Shown: positions 89,994 to 102,021, counted from the first letter of the stretch. The stretch: 124,000 bases of DNA from Wallemia ichthyophaga EXF-994 (GCF_000400465.1 NW_008806282.1:20001-144000), one strand, 5' to 3'. Made by a program: numbers and translations. Notes: generated from the sequence alone by a model not told the origin.

Positions 89994-90995
89994 ATGGTTT
90001 TAATTAAAGCAGCTATCTGTGGTGCAGGCGGTGGAATTGGTCAGCCATTATCCCTCCTCACTGCGCAAAACCCACATATCGGTGAAGTCTCTCTGTTTGA
90101 TGTTGTCCCATCAGTACACGGTGTCGCTGCCGATTTATCCCACTTGGACGGCACAGCTGTTGTAAAGGGCTACACTAAGGAGAATGATGGTTTGAAGCAC
90201 GCTCTCACCGGTGCAAATGTCGTCATTATACCTGCAGGTGTTCCACGTAAGCCTGGGATGACTCGTGATGACCTCTTCAAGATCAACGCATCTATTTGCC
90301 GTGATTTGGCCACTGGTATTGCCGATTACGCTCCAGATGCCATCGTCGGTGTCGTATCAAACCCTGTCAACTCCACCGTTCCTGTCTTTGTTGAGACTCT
90401 CAAAGCAAAGGGCGTCTTTAACGCTCGCAAGGTCTTCGGTGTCACCACCCTCGATATCGTTAGATCATCCAAGTTCGTCGCTGAGGTCCTCGGTAAGCCT
90501 AACGAGGCTCCTCAATACACTATCCCTGTTATCGGTGGTCACTCAGGCAAAACTATCATACCTGTTATCAGCCAGTCTCAGCCAAAGGTCGATATCTCCG
90601 GCGACAAACTCAACACTCTCGTCAACAGAATTCAATTCGGTGGTGACGAAGTTGTTAAGGCTAAAGATGGTGCTGGTTCAGCGACCCTTTCAATGGCATA
90701 CGCTGGTTCTAAGTTTTTGAACGCTGTCGTTAGCTCCGTCTACGCTGATAAACCTAGCGTCATCCAAGCTTACGTATACCTCCCTGAGTTGCCAGGTGGT
90801 GACGCCATCAAGAATGACATTGGAAAGGATGTCTCTTACTTCTCCGTTTCCCTCCAGCTCGGTAAGAGCGGTGTTGAGAAAGTTCTCCCTGTTGGTCCAC
90901 TCAGCGACTACGAGAAGGGTCTCCTTCAAGAGGCTCTCCCTGAATTAGACGCTTCCATTGTCAAGGGTGTTGGTTTCGGAAAGAGTTCACTTTAG
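89994..90995 (+). CDS. NAD-dependent malate dehydrogenase (no mitochondrial presequence)
   Basis: GAGGGIGQPLSLL, PAGVPRKPGMTRDDLF, SNPVNSTVP, GGHSG, AKDGAGSATLSMA. Confidence 0.95.
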   Translation: MVLIKAAICGAGGGIGQPLSLLTAQNPHIGEVSLFDVVPSVHGVAADLSHLDGTAVVKGYTKENDGLKHALTGANVVIIPAGVPRKPGMTRDDLFKINASICRDLATGIADYAPDAIVGVVSNPVNSTVPVFVETLKAKGVFNARKVFGVTTLDIVRSSKFVAEVLGKPNEAPQYTIPVIGGHSGKTIIPVISQSQPKVDISGDKLNTLVNRIQFGGDEVVKAKDGAGSATLSMAYAGSKFLNAVVSSVYADKPSVIQAYVYLPELPGGDAIKNDIGKDVSYFSVSLQLGKSGVEKVLPVGPLSDYEKGLLQEALPELDASIVKGVGFGKSSL

Positions 90996-91088
90996 GTATG
91001 ACAGTGGTTTGTATTGTTACTGAAGTATGCATGAAATATATCAATCGCAGTGTGCAAATAAGAGTTGTGTTGGTAGTTAAAATTAGTA

Positions 91089-92664
91089 TCAAAATCCAAA
91101 TGCTTCGACTTGATGAGTCTTGAAATGTCTATAGGTGTCCCCTTTCTCGCAGATCAAATGGCGATCAATGAAGGGGTTGAGGAAAATGCCATGCTCGTCA
91201 TACTTGTGGATAATTTCCATGAACTTGGGCAGCCCGCTGTACTTTTCACCAACTTCTTGAGGTGTTTGTGTGGAATGCTTAGCCCAATGCGCTCTACCGT
91301 TATATTTACGGAGGATATCTTCGAAGGTTCTGAATATCCTTCTATAGCGTACACGACAATTGAATGGTTTGTATTTGATCAGGCCAATCCACATGAAGTG
91401 AGTTTCTACTTGATTGCCCACGTGTTTGTTAGCAGGGGAAAGTAAGATATCGTCAGCCTTCGAAATGCGCACTTCGAGTGGAAAATCAACGTCATTCTCA
91501 TCCACCAGCCATTCATTGAGCTCCAACATACACTCGTAAGCCTGAGACAGAGGCACAGACCATTCGGTAGTGTATTGCAAAAGACCGCAGTCCATGTTGA
91601 AAATGTTGCACGAGGTGTCTGTGCGCTGTTGGTGCTGTCCAAACACACACCGCCACGCCAGGTGGCTGAGAAGGGGAGCGATAGCGGGCACGTACCGCTT
91701 CACCAGCAGCAGTGGCTGGAGAAGAAAGCTAAAGAGTGTGCTAGAGACAGGCGCTTGCGGTTGGTATTTTTCAGTGTTTTGTGCGGCTTTATACGACTGC
91801 ATCAGACTAACTCCTCCCGTCTGGGGCAGCCAGAACGCCTTAACATAGGGCGCAGTGCGCCACCGGTCGAGCCAGGAAGAGGGACTGCTGGTGTACTCGT
91901 CGAACGACATTGCCGTTGTGACTTGATGCAGGTTGAATTTCTCCTCCACGCTCAGCACCACGCTGAGAATGATGCCTGTCGCGCCGAGGGAGCACAACGT
92001 AGCGTTGAAGAGGTGTGGGTGGAGTGTGCGTGAGCACTCTAGCACCTCACCACTAGCTACGAGGATAGAGAGGGAGTGGACGTACGATGACATGCAGTGG
92101 TGGTCGATCCCGCTGCCGTGCGTGGCTGTCGCAAGGCAGCCAGCTATAGTCTGATCGGAAATAGACCCGAGGATCGGCATGGCAAGGTTGTTAACGTCGA
92201 GTGCCTGATTGATATCCCTCAACAATGTGCCTGAGTGGGTGGTGATCGTGCGGTCTTCTTTGTCTATCTGTAGAGGAGTGCAGAGTGAGAAAGTATCATA
92301 TGAAAAGCACTTGACGCACACTTATCACACCTGCTATTCCCGACATTATTACTATCCAACCCTCGCTGCATGCTAGGTCAGAGGGCGAGTGCCACACGCC
92401 CATGGCTCGCACTCGCACCCTTGCCCTGCGGGCTGCTTCTACGATGAGCTGCGTGTCGGCGATCGTGTGCGGCGTGTATATCCGCTCAGGCGTCGCTTCG
92501 AATGTCCTTGCCCAGTTTTGTAGCTTGTGTGTGGGAGTACCTTGGAAAGCGCTGATTCGGTGCTCTAGTTGCTCATCTGAAATTTTCTTCAAGTCGCTCA
92601 ATACCATAATTTCCTGCATCGCCATCGCTATCGCCACCGATGATGCACTGAACGACGAAGACAT
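91089..92664 (-). CDS. ALO1: D-arabinono-1,4-lactone / L-gulonolactone oxidase family
   Basis: NWARTF, WHSPSDLAC, GSISDQTIAGCLATATHGSG, YTTEWSVP, FPLEVR, GRAHWAK; start codon uncertain. Confidence 0.88.
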
Positions 92665-92793
92665 CGGGTGTTTTCGTGATAGTAACTAAAACAAAAATTC
92701 ACTCTTTTTTTAAAACAAAAGACTAGCAAGGAGTACATACAAGTTATTGTACGAGTTACCGCACGACTTGTCGCAACTCATACCACCACATCC

Positions 92794-93396
92794 ATGGCAC
92801 ACCACGCCCAAGACTCGGAAATAGCGCGGCACAGGCGCAGAATAACAGCGTACCACGCTTACATACAGCCAGTCTTGAAGGCATTGAAGGATACACATGA
92901 GGTTAGTGTGCCCTACACGTTGCGTTCCAAGGTCTGCAACCAGGCGTGGAGAGAGAAGCTGGGGGAGACGGTAAACCAGTACCCGCGCTCGACAAAGACT
93001 ACGATAGAGCTACAGCAAATAGCTTGGGAAGATATACAAAACAATTTCGATAGTTTCATCCGTGATTTGAGACGCAGACTGGATCAGTATGCTCTGGTGA
93101 ACATGAGGACAAGTGTGGATCCGAAAGATGGGCTCAGTCTGGCTGATTGGGATTACGAAACTCATATGAACCAAATCGTGGACAGACTAGACAAAGAACA
93201 GCCAGATACACCGTCTCAAAGCAAAATTTCACTCGCAGAAGGACTCTGGAAGGTTAGGAAATATGTTCGTAGTGAGGAATTCATCGAACAAGAAGAGGAG
93301 AATCTCAAGGAGGCGACTGTAAGGTTGGAGTTGGATACTGTCAGGGGGATCAAAGGGATACAGCAGCAGGTAAAGAAGGCAAGAGTGGGTGTTTAG
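92794..93396 (+). CDS. Hypothetical protein (200 aa)
   Basis: Uninterrupted ATG ORF filling the gap; no motif recognised. Confidence 0.65.
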   Translation: MAHHAQDSEIARHRRRITAYHAYIQPVLKALKDTHEVSVPYTLRSKVCNQAWREKLGETVNQYPRSTKTTIELQQIAWEDIQNNFDSFIRDLRRRLDQYALVNMRTSVDPKDGLSLADWDYETHMNQIVDRLDKEQPDTPSQSKISLAEGLWKVRKYVRSEEFIEQEEENLKEATVRLELDTVRGIKGIQQQVKKARVGV

Positions 93397-93607
93397 TGGG
93401 TTGTTAGTGTATTCTATAGCAGTTTCTGTATTAATGTTTATAATATCCTATACCCAATACCCATTCGTTTTTCACCTGCGCTGATGGGCGATAGCAGATA
93501 ATGCGTAAGTAAACGCACTTAAAAGAAAGCAAGATAATTACAAGCACCATGCAGCAAAACAAAAGAATAAAGATACCACACGGAAGCTTTCGGCGTATAA
93601 TCTATTC

Positions 93608-94405
93608 ATGAAACACGTCCTGCAATCACTCAAGCAGAGCCACGGGAGTGTGAGCTATGGGCACAGATTTAAAGCGTCTGCCCGTCTTTGGACGCAGAGG
93701 ATGGAGATGACAGCTGTGGATATATCCACCAAAACGAAGACACCTGTTGGTGCACTCTCGAAGCAACTCATTCAGGAGAGGACATGGGAGGGAGCTCAGC
93801 GTGATATGGGAGTCATTCTTATTCATCTTGCACAGTCAGTAGAGTATAGCGCCAGACTGGAGGCAGAGGCAGAGGCAGGACATTACATGCACAGCAACGT
93901 ACCGAGAGCTAACAGCGAGTATAATAGACATATGCAGAGTACACTGGCACAGCTCAAGGAAATTCAGTCAGACACGCCATATCAAACTAGATTTAAATTG
94001 GCGGCGAGTATGTGGCAGGAAAGGAAGAAGGAGAGGAGTGAGAGGAGAGGAGGGAAGAAGAGGGACTATATCCCAGTTTATAGCGATGTTGACGAGGAAG
94101 ACATTGTGTTGCAAGGACCATCTTCAAGTATACATCCGGGAAGGATACCAATGGGATATTACGATGGTGAGTTTGGTAATGACTTGAACTTGAAATCATC
94201 AATGGCGTCATCAATGCTATCAACAACGATACCACCAACAACAACGACGCCATCGATACCTTGGCAATACACGTGGGTAGCTATACCACCATTCCCAGAA
94301 GCAGAAGCAGAAGGAGAAGCAGCAGCAGAAGAGAATAGATATAACGGAAATGAAGACGATACAAATACGCTCAACGACTACAAAGACTATTTGGATGAAA
94401 TATGA
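93608..94405 (+). CDS. Hypothetical protein (265 aa)
   Basis: Uninterrupted ORF; basic KERSERRGGKKR patch, acidic tail. Confidence 0.6.
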   Translation: MKHVLQSLKQSHGSVSYGHRFKASARLWTQRMEMTAVDISTKTKTPVGALSKQLIQERTWEGAQRDMGVILIHLAQSVEYSARLEAEAEAGHYMHSNVPRANSEYNRHMQSTLAQLKEIQSDTPYQTRFKLAASMWQERKKERSERRGGKKRDYIPVYSDVDEEDIVLQGPSSSIHPGRIPMGYYDGEFGNDLNLKSSMASSMLSTTIPPTTTTPSIPWQYTWVAIPPFPEAEAEGEAAAEENRYNGNEDDTNTLNDYKDYLDEI

Positions 94406-94435
94406 ATAAATATTATACCTTTTACAAAGACAGTG

Positions 94436-94790
94436 ATGCGGGTGACAATCAATCAATGGAGAGCATTTAGTCATTGGAAGTGGAATGGGTGTGATACAGA
94501 CGATCTCTGTGGGATATGCCAGAATTACCTTGATAACTCTTGTCCGAATTGCAGTCTACCTGGAGATGATTGTCCGTTGAGTGAGTTAAAGTGCAGCGAT
94601 TAGAAAACGCGTTGTTAACGCGTAAATTAGTCTGGGGGAAGTGTAACCACTCATTCCACATGCACTGTATACTCAAATGGCTCTCACTTGAATCGAGTAA
94701 AGGTCAATGCCCAATGGATAGGCAGCAGTGGGGTAAATAGTAATTACTCATCCAATCCAGCTAACAAAGCGCTTTATAGAAACCCAATAA
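94436..94790 (+). CDS. APC11: APC/C RING-H2 subunit Apc11, 3 exons
   Basis: CGICQNYLDNSCPNCSLPGDDCPL|IWGKCNHSFHMHCILKWL...GQCPMDRQQW. Confidence 0.95.
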
Positions 94791-94824
94791 TATTTATTCC
94801 TTTATACCTTGTACTATTACCACC

Positions 94825-96306
94825 ATGAGCATCACTAGCGATTCCCGGAGTTTTATCTCCGCGGAATCTAAAGCGCAACCCTCTAATTTGGTTATAAATG
94901 TTGATTACTCACCCCACTTTATCCGCTCCTACCGCGAGTGCATTGCAGATCTCCACCTGCAGTCATACGAGATTGATTCACACGTCGATAGCCCCCGATT
95001 GATGCCGACTAGAAACACGATAAACACCGCACATACCCCACGCCACACAAATACCACTCAAGGCAGTATCTTGGACAAGCTGAACAACGTACAGCCTATC
95101 TCCACTCAAGACCTCATGCTGAGAATTAGACCACAGAGTGCATCTACAGACCATTTAATAAGTTTGGAAGATGCAGAAGACTCAGAAGACGCAGAAGACG
95201 CAAAGACAAAGACAGACCACGCAAAGGGCAGTGTCGATTTCAGACACGACATACTATATCAAGCCATTAATGCCAGTTTCGGTGACACAACACCTAACAA
95301 TTTTCTAAACACAGACCCATCCAAGTCTTTGAGCGGTGGTACTAGGCATAGTACTAAAGCGGGTGATTCGAATTATTCATACAAATCGGCAAAATCGGCA
95401 AAATCGGCTAGATCGACCAAGTCATTAAAACACACTCCCACACCTACAACACGCACATCATCGCTATTATCATCCCCTCCCAAATCAACACACAAACCAC
95501 AAATGGGCGTACAAGTTACTCACTTAAAAATACCGCAGCAGCGCATACACGGCACTCCCACTATCCACAAGTCTCTCTCTACTCCTCTCCTCAGCGACCA
95601 GGACAGCGAGGTGTTGGATTCGCCTACACCCCCACCTGTGCCGATGAAGGAGGCACCGCGTGCGAAGACACAATCTTACTCATGCTCAAGCTCTGCTAAA
95701 AAACCCGAACGCTCTATATTTAATGAAATACATGCTCCAATACCTAGTCATAGTAGAAGTCACAGTCCCACTCAAACTCCTACTCCCGCTCTCAAAACGA
95801 GTGCGATCGATCGACGCAACAGACCACCAGCTCTCGAGTTAAGGCAATCGACTCATCGACAAATTGAAAGCAAGCTGGGTTGTTTGCAGGAGCAGAAAAA
95901 GGCACAGGAAAAGTCTGAAAAACAGTCTGAGGTGCAGTCTCAAAAGCAAGACAAACACAACAGCCATAAGCTCCCACCAGACACAACGACTCTGCCCTCT
96001 GAACACCCACCATACCTACCTCCACCCCCCATACCCCCCTTACCACAATCCACCGCCATTTTATCAAATTCTTTCACTCGAAATGTCCCAAGTAGACTGA
96101 AAGATGCACCAAAACTGACGAGGATGCGCTCAGAAACTCTGCCTTCTCCCACCACCCCAATCCATTCTATCAAACATCGCCCTACTTCTTCACCTACCAC
96201 CACCGATCAATACTCTGTGACTAGATTGAGAGGTATGCTTGAGCAGCATGTAGCGCAGGAGAGGAGCATGTGGCATAGCATTACATCCAATACCCGTCAT
96301 TCTTAA
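94825..96306 (+). CDS. Ser/Pro/Thr-rich low-complexity hypothetical protein
   Basis: 493-aa ORF; PxxP-rich C-terminal part. Confidence 0.7.
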   Translation: MSITSDSRSFISAESKAQPSNLVINVDYSPHFIRSYRECIADLHLQSYEIDSHVDSPRLMPTRNTINTAHTPRHTNTTQGSILDKLNNVQPISTQDLMLRIRPQSASTDHLISLEDAEDSEDAEDAKTKTDHAKGSVDFRHDILYQAINASFGDTTPNNFLNTDPSKSLSGGTRHSTKAGDSNYSYKSAKSAKSARSTKSLKHTPTPTTRTSSLLSSPPKSTHKPQMGVQVTHLKIPQQRIHGTPTIHKSLSTPLLSDQDSEVLDSPTPPPVPMKEAPRAKTQSYSCSSSAKKPERSIFNEIHAPIPSHSRSHSPTQTPTPALKTSAIDRRNRPPALELRQSTHRQIESKLGCLQEQKKAQEKSEKQSEVQSQKQDKHNSHKLPPDTTTLPSEHPPYLPPPPIPPLPQSTAILSNSFTRNVPSRLKDAPKLTRMRSETLPSPTTPIHSIKHRPTSSPTTTDQYSVTRLRGMLEQHVAQERSMWHSITSNTRHS

Positions 96307-96360
96307 TTTCATTGCAACCATTGTAGTTATTTCTAGGATATCTTAATTACTTAATATACA

Positions 96361-97764
96361 TTATTCTAAAACAACATGCTTGATCGTGAATTTGTGAATA
96401 ACAGCTATAATGGGATCACTGAAAGACTTGGATGATTTAACAACAAGACTTTCTAATTTAGGAAGTGATTTGAGCAGCAGTTCGCCGTCGAGTATTGCAG
96501 GCTGGTAAGTGATGCTCCTCTCCATATCGTCGTATAGCGATGAAGTGTTATCGCGTGGTCTGTTGTCGACCGTGTTAGTCTGCTCGTAAGTGCATCTAGT
96601 TAGAGTGAGGTGGGTAACATTCCTCAAACAGCCTTCGTTACACTGCAGTGGAAACCCAAATGTGCAATTCTCGATTGAGATTTGGTGCAACTCCTGTGAT
96701 CGGAGCATACCCAAAAACCACGAAACGTTGCAAACACTATCGAGAAATACGACCCGCAGTTTGCGCACATTCAGCTGATTTGCGAATGCCCGGTTATCTC
96801 GAAACCACTTGAGGGTCGCTCTGTCCATAGCGAAGCTGCTGTTTTTCATCTTGATCGTATACAGCTCGGGACACTGGATGAGACAGCTAAATGTGACGGC
96901 TGACCTGTTGCGGGATTCTACAACTGCTGTGCGTGTCGGCTGCAAGTACGGCGCCCCTGGTATCGTTGTATGCTCCATCGCGACGTCTTTACCCTCCAGC
97001 TGCAGGTTGTGGGAGAGGGTGGACATGATGGTATCTGCGTCGCCTTTCAGCCTCCAATTGAGGAGGTGTAGATCGCTTGGGAAGGTAGTGAGGTGGTACA
97101 CTTCCGCCTCATTCAATCCGATAAGCTGCGAGTAATTGCGCATCCTCAGTTTCTTACATGTCAAACCAAATAGAGACTCAGTGAGGGTGAGTATGAAACC
97201 CTTTTTTTCGCTGTTGAATGGGCCTCCGTAGTAATTCACCTCAATCAGCTCAAATGGACGGTTTGGCGAGACGTCGAGCAGCTGAAAGAAGAATCCCTTC
97301 AAGAACATCCTATTGTACGCGCGTATACACAGCTTCACACTTCTTATATACCCGCACCGCTCAATGTGGCTTTGGAATCTGCCGCGTAGATTCGACATAT
97401 TCGCGTCGAAGCTCACTTTGCCTACGTTTTCATCTGTGGATATGAACGTGTTGACGTATACGTAATTTGTATTTATCGCGCGATACCATGCTCTGTTCAC
97501 CAGCTTGCCGTTGTGGGCTGCACTGGGGCCGTTATTCTCGTGGCAGAGATATCCGAAGACAAGTTCGATGAGCTCGTTGGGGAGTCTTTTTAGAGGATCC
97601 TTGTGCCATTTGTGCGCTTTTTTTGTGGATAGGCTGGCCATACCTTTCTGATATACACGAGTGAATAAGTGATTCACGCAAACAGCACAGGTACACACTT
97701 TTTCTACATCTTTATCAGACTGCCCTGATTTGCAGGGTTTACGTGGTTTGGACCGCGTGTCCAT
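96361..97764 (-). CDS. F-box-like protein with degenerate LRR-like region
   Basis: DPLKRLPNELIELVFGYL followed by CKLVNRAW-like KLVNRAWY. Confidence 0.6.
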   Translation of the reverse strand: MDTRSKPRKPCKSGQSDKDVEKVCTCAVCVNHLFTRVYQKGMASLSTKKAHKWHKDPLKRLPNELIELVFGYLCHENNGPSAAHNGKLVNRAWYRAINTNYVYVNTFISTDENVGKVSFDANMSNLRGRFQSHIERCGYIRSVKLCIRAYNRMFLKGFFFQLLDVSPNRPFELIEVNYYGGPFNSEKKGFILTLTESLFGLTCKKLRMRNYSQLIGLNEAEVYHLTTFPSDLHLLNWRLKGDADTIMSTLSHNLQLEGKDVAMEHTTIPGAPYLQPTRTAVVESRNRSAVTFSCLIQCPELYTIKMKNSSFAMDRATLKWFRDNRAFANQLNVRKLRVVFLDSVCNVSWFLGMLRSQELHQISIENCTFGFPLQCNEGCLRNVTHLTLTRCTYEQTNTVDNRPRDNTSSLYDDMERSITYQPAILDGELLLKSLPKLESLVVKSSKSFSDPIIAVIHKFTIKHVVLE

Positions 97765-97844
97765 GTCTGATGATGGCCGAGTCGGTTGAAGATTGATAAC
97801 AAGATAAGATTCATAAACATTCATAAAAGTCAGAGGTACATAAG

Positions 97845-100631
97845 CTAATGCCATCCACCACCTGGATAGCCTGGGTAACCGCCTGGGTATCCTTGCGGTG
97901 GTCTTGGTGGTGGTTGATAAGGGTGCACTGAATGCTCCGGATGCCCTTGATAACCACCATAACCAGGATATACACCATACCTACCATGGGAAGGCATTTC
98001 CATTGGAGGCGGCATCGGTGGTGGCATTGCTGACGGCATAGGTGGTCCTTGCATAGGCATTGGCGGTGGATTATACATTCCAGGTTTCGGTGGCTGGCCA
98101 TATGGCACATGCCCACCCGGTCCACCACCAGGCATACCCATTCCCATACCAGGCATCCCCATTGGCGGTGGGCTTGAGTATGCACCCGGTCCCGGCATAT
98201 ATCCTGGGTCGGGCATAGGTGGGGGCTCGGCGTATGGCATGTAGGGCGTGTGGCGCCCAGGTGGGGTGGGTGGTTTCGTGACGTGTCGTCCATGATACGC
98301 AGCTGGTGGGTATGGAGAGTGTGAGTGTGAGTGTGAGTGCTGCAATGATGGTGTTGATGTTGATGGTCTCGAATGCGTCGGTGGTGGTGGCGCTGGCTGT
98401 TTGCTGTCATTATCCTTCTTGCCCCCACCGCTGTCATTTTTCATTGCTCCTATACCCAAATTAGCTATCGAACTAAGCAATGAGGAATTCTTGCCACCAC
98501 CGCCATCGCCCTGTCCACTGCCACCTTGATTCCCACCGCCACCACGACCCTCAGCATCTCCACCGCCGGCATTTGCGGGCGAGGCATTTGTGTTGATCAG
98601 CCCCCATAATCCTCCGCTCGTAAACTCATTAACTCCCTCCTGACTATTGCCGTATGGATCATTAACCGTTTGGACATGTGTATGAACCTTGTTGGATGAG
98701 TCCATGCAGCTCTGTTTGTTCAAAGCACGCTCAATTTGGTCTATCTTGGGCCCTTGTGCCTTGACCCACTTCTTCATGAACTCGCCCATCTTCGTCTGTA
98801 TCTTGCTATCCTCATTAGCGAAGTATGGGTGATGTATTACTTCCAGAATCTCGTCGATTATACTGTCAGGATTTTCCTGGTTGCCCCAAGCTTCAACAAT
98901 TCTCTTGGTCGTTTGGCTAACTGCAATTTGAGCCAAGTTCCCGCAAGGGTTGTTCAGAAGGTGATCGAAATGGTCCTTGGCGAGACCAGTGTGCGTTGGA
99001 TCTGAACAGTTTGGATCAGTGTATACCTCCAATTGGTTTTTTGTTGCTAAAAGCTCTTCTGAACCCTTACCAATCGAGCTCTTGGCCTGCTTGATAAGAG
99101 GATCAATGAATGGCTCGAGAGTGGAGTAAATAAAGACGGCGATCGAGTTGGATATCTTTTCTACTAACGCGCTCAAACCTGGAATTTTATCTATTGTCAC
99201 TTCGATTGTCTTTGACACTCTGTCTCGGAAACACAGTATCTGCCATAGAACAGCGTATTGTTCCTGGGGGCTCATTTGATCAGGGGATCTCGACGTCGAG
99301 CGGAGGTTGCTGACGTCCTCGAATTCTCTGTTGAGTGAGCGTTGTCCACCGCCACTGTTGCTATCTGTGGTACTCCTAGTGAGTGGAACCTTAGAGCTAA
99401 CTCCGTCTAATTGGAAGATGAGGTCCCTGAGTGTGTCGATGATTGAATTTCCCCCACTTCCTGGCTGACCGCGTGACTTTGTAGTAGAACGATTCACTTC
99501 ATTATGAAGATCTGAGACGGATGCTGAGGTAAGCTTGTCACCAGCTTCACCTAATACACTGGCTGGTGGGTGTCTGAGTTGGGCTGGCAAGCTATTAGAA
99601 GCCACCCACCCATGAAATCCATACCACCAAATGATCCTGTTACTATTGGGGGTACGTTTTCGCCGCTAGGAGCACGTATTCTTACATTTTCACCAACATG
99701 TGGAAACACATCGGTAAGCCCAAGTTTGTAAAGGTAGATTTCAGCAAAATTGGAGTGCGCAGAAAAGTCAGCTAATGTATGGCAGCTTGTACCGAGCCAA
99801 CGAAACGCTTCGAACTCATCTTTGCTGTTTTTAGAGTTCTTATACCTTCTTCCATACTCGATGCAGAGACGTAAGCGTTCACGAACGAGGGCAGTGGAAG
99901 TATCACAAACGCTCTCATTAGCGATGTAGTTCTTCATGCCAGTGCGCGGATCAATTTCCAATTCAATTTGTTGAACAGGTCCTCTGAGACGTTCATCGTA
100001 CTGTTTCGCATCATCGGGGTAGCCTGTGTGTGGGTTAGATGGACGCAAGTAACATGACCACTACCAGCCTTTTGGATTATCAATGTGTTCTGTGGGGAGA
100101 TAAACGCCTAAGCGCTCATCGGTCACTTCAAACTCTTCCGTCGCGTAACCGAAAGCCAAGAAGGACATGACCATGACGATGTTGAGGATTGTCTGCTTAT
100201 TTATCTTGGACAAAGCAGCTGTGTCATTCGCTTGTGAATAATCGCGGAGAAAATCGTAGAAGTAGATGCGCTTGACATCAAGGCTCGTGAATTTGGTACG
100301 CGTCACAGCGGATAGAATACCGCTACCAGACTTCTTATAAAGATCTGCGAGTGCATCCATAATATCACCATGCCGGAATTTCTTTCTGAATTACCTGAGC
100401 AACAGTTTGACTTATCGGAGTAGGTACTTACCCCTGCTTAACCTGAGCATCGGTTTGACGTATCGGGGTAGATACTTACCTCTATACTAGCGTATGAAGG
100501 ACTGATAGCTGTGAGATTTCCGAGATTTCCGAGTCTGATGACTAGTCCACGTACATATTACCAGCACCAAATGCACTGGCTGTAGTTAACAACACGGCCA
100601 CGATCAAGAGCAGAATAACGCCATTTCTCAT
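97845..100631 (-). CDS. Het-C domain protein (paralog 2) with signal peptide and P/G/M/Y-rich tail
   Basis: MRNGVILLLIVAVLLTTASAFGAGNIPSYASIE..FRHGDI, RIYFYDFLRDYSQAND, PTEHIDNPKG, TGMKNYIANE, HTLADFSAHSNF, DPTHTGLAKDHF. Confidence 0.9.
100386..100479 (-). other. Twin homologous 46-nt introns (100434-100479 and 100386-100431) flanking a 2-nt exon
   Basis: 38/46 identical positions; both GTAAGT...CAG; inclusion of GG restores EGKKFRHGD. Confidence 0.75.
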
Positions 100632-102021
100632 TTTGACTGTCAGTGACAGAGTGAGTGCAATAACCTCAGTGTCATCGACGTACAAAATGGAAAAAATAAA
100701 AATCAAGATATACAATTCGTTATAAATCAGCATTGAAACAAATGCAGTCGAGCATTGGCCGTAGCTTCCTTGGATTTCTTTGATGGACCAACGTCATTAT
100801 CTGTCCAAGGGCGCTTCCTTAGCTCTTTATCTCCGCAACTGTTGCAGCGAGTGTAATTTCCATTACCATACAAAGTGCGCTCAGCTATGTTGTTATTCTT
100901 ACAATCAAGATTTGCTTTGTTATGATGTGTTGATTGGTGTGTCTTGGTTTTATGTTGATATTGAAGTGAAATTAATTTGAATATGATTGCGAGAAAGACG
101001 CCGTTCAATACCCACTTTTAAGTACTGGATATGATTTGGTACACTTGATAAACCCAAAATAATCACCCCCAACGAGGCGGACGTTACACGATGGACTGAG
101101 ACATAGTCGAAAACATACGCATATGCACAAACACAAACAGCCACTGGCACAATGACTGGGAGTGCTGACAAGCTCTTTGCTTCAACAAAGCTAAATCGAA
101201 GATGTATCTATGTCGATCTAATGCAGTATGACCTTACCAAAACCAATGAACTGTTTCTGCATGTGATTATAAAGCACAAGATCCATCCTGTTGCCGAGAG
101301 AGCAGTTGTGTTGTTCAGCTTTTGCTAAATCCAACTCAATACGACATCATCTTTTCCGCCGTGATAACAGCACTTTGAGAACATCTTAAGCCTCGCATTA
101401 TTCAAGGTATGGATCGTTTACTGGTAGCCCGTTGCTCTAGACCTTCTTGCCAATTAACAGCCTGCAGAGAGCTGGAATAGTTATGTGTATTGCTATCTTG
101501 GGATATATATATCTGGGCTATTTCCGCTTTACAGAATGCTGCTTGGCGTGTACGAGTAAGCCAAGTCAGAACACCACAGTAAACCGCGAAAGAAATGGAA
101601 TATTGAATTCGAGTGAAACATCACATTTTGTGATCCAATTTATTATATAAACCATTCAACGCCCCTATTCAATCGAAGCATGCCGCCTCGACCAAGCCGC
101701 TAGGCTATCCATGAGCAGATGTGTGGCGGTCCAAACAGCCAACTTTCGGAGAAAATACCCGAGCTTCACGTACTTTAGCCACCCAGCTCCGCTCTGGAAA
101801 ATTTACCATTTCACTTTCTGCAGTCACAGAGAAGATGATTGCACTTAGAATAGTATTCGGATCAAAGTTCTATCAATGAATTATTGAAAGATGCTTATAA
101901 TGTGTGAAGAGAAAAGACACATGGAACATTGTGTATGATCAGCTTCGAGCCATTACTCAGTACGATATTTTTCATGAAAGACATAGTCGCATACGTAAAC
102001 ATACATTCGTATAAATTCACA

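Noticed and set aside
90993-91001. Stop-codon readthrough creating a PTS1 on MDH
   Set aside because: The context is TAG GTA TGA; readthrough adds only X-V and no PTS1.
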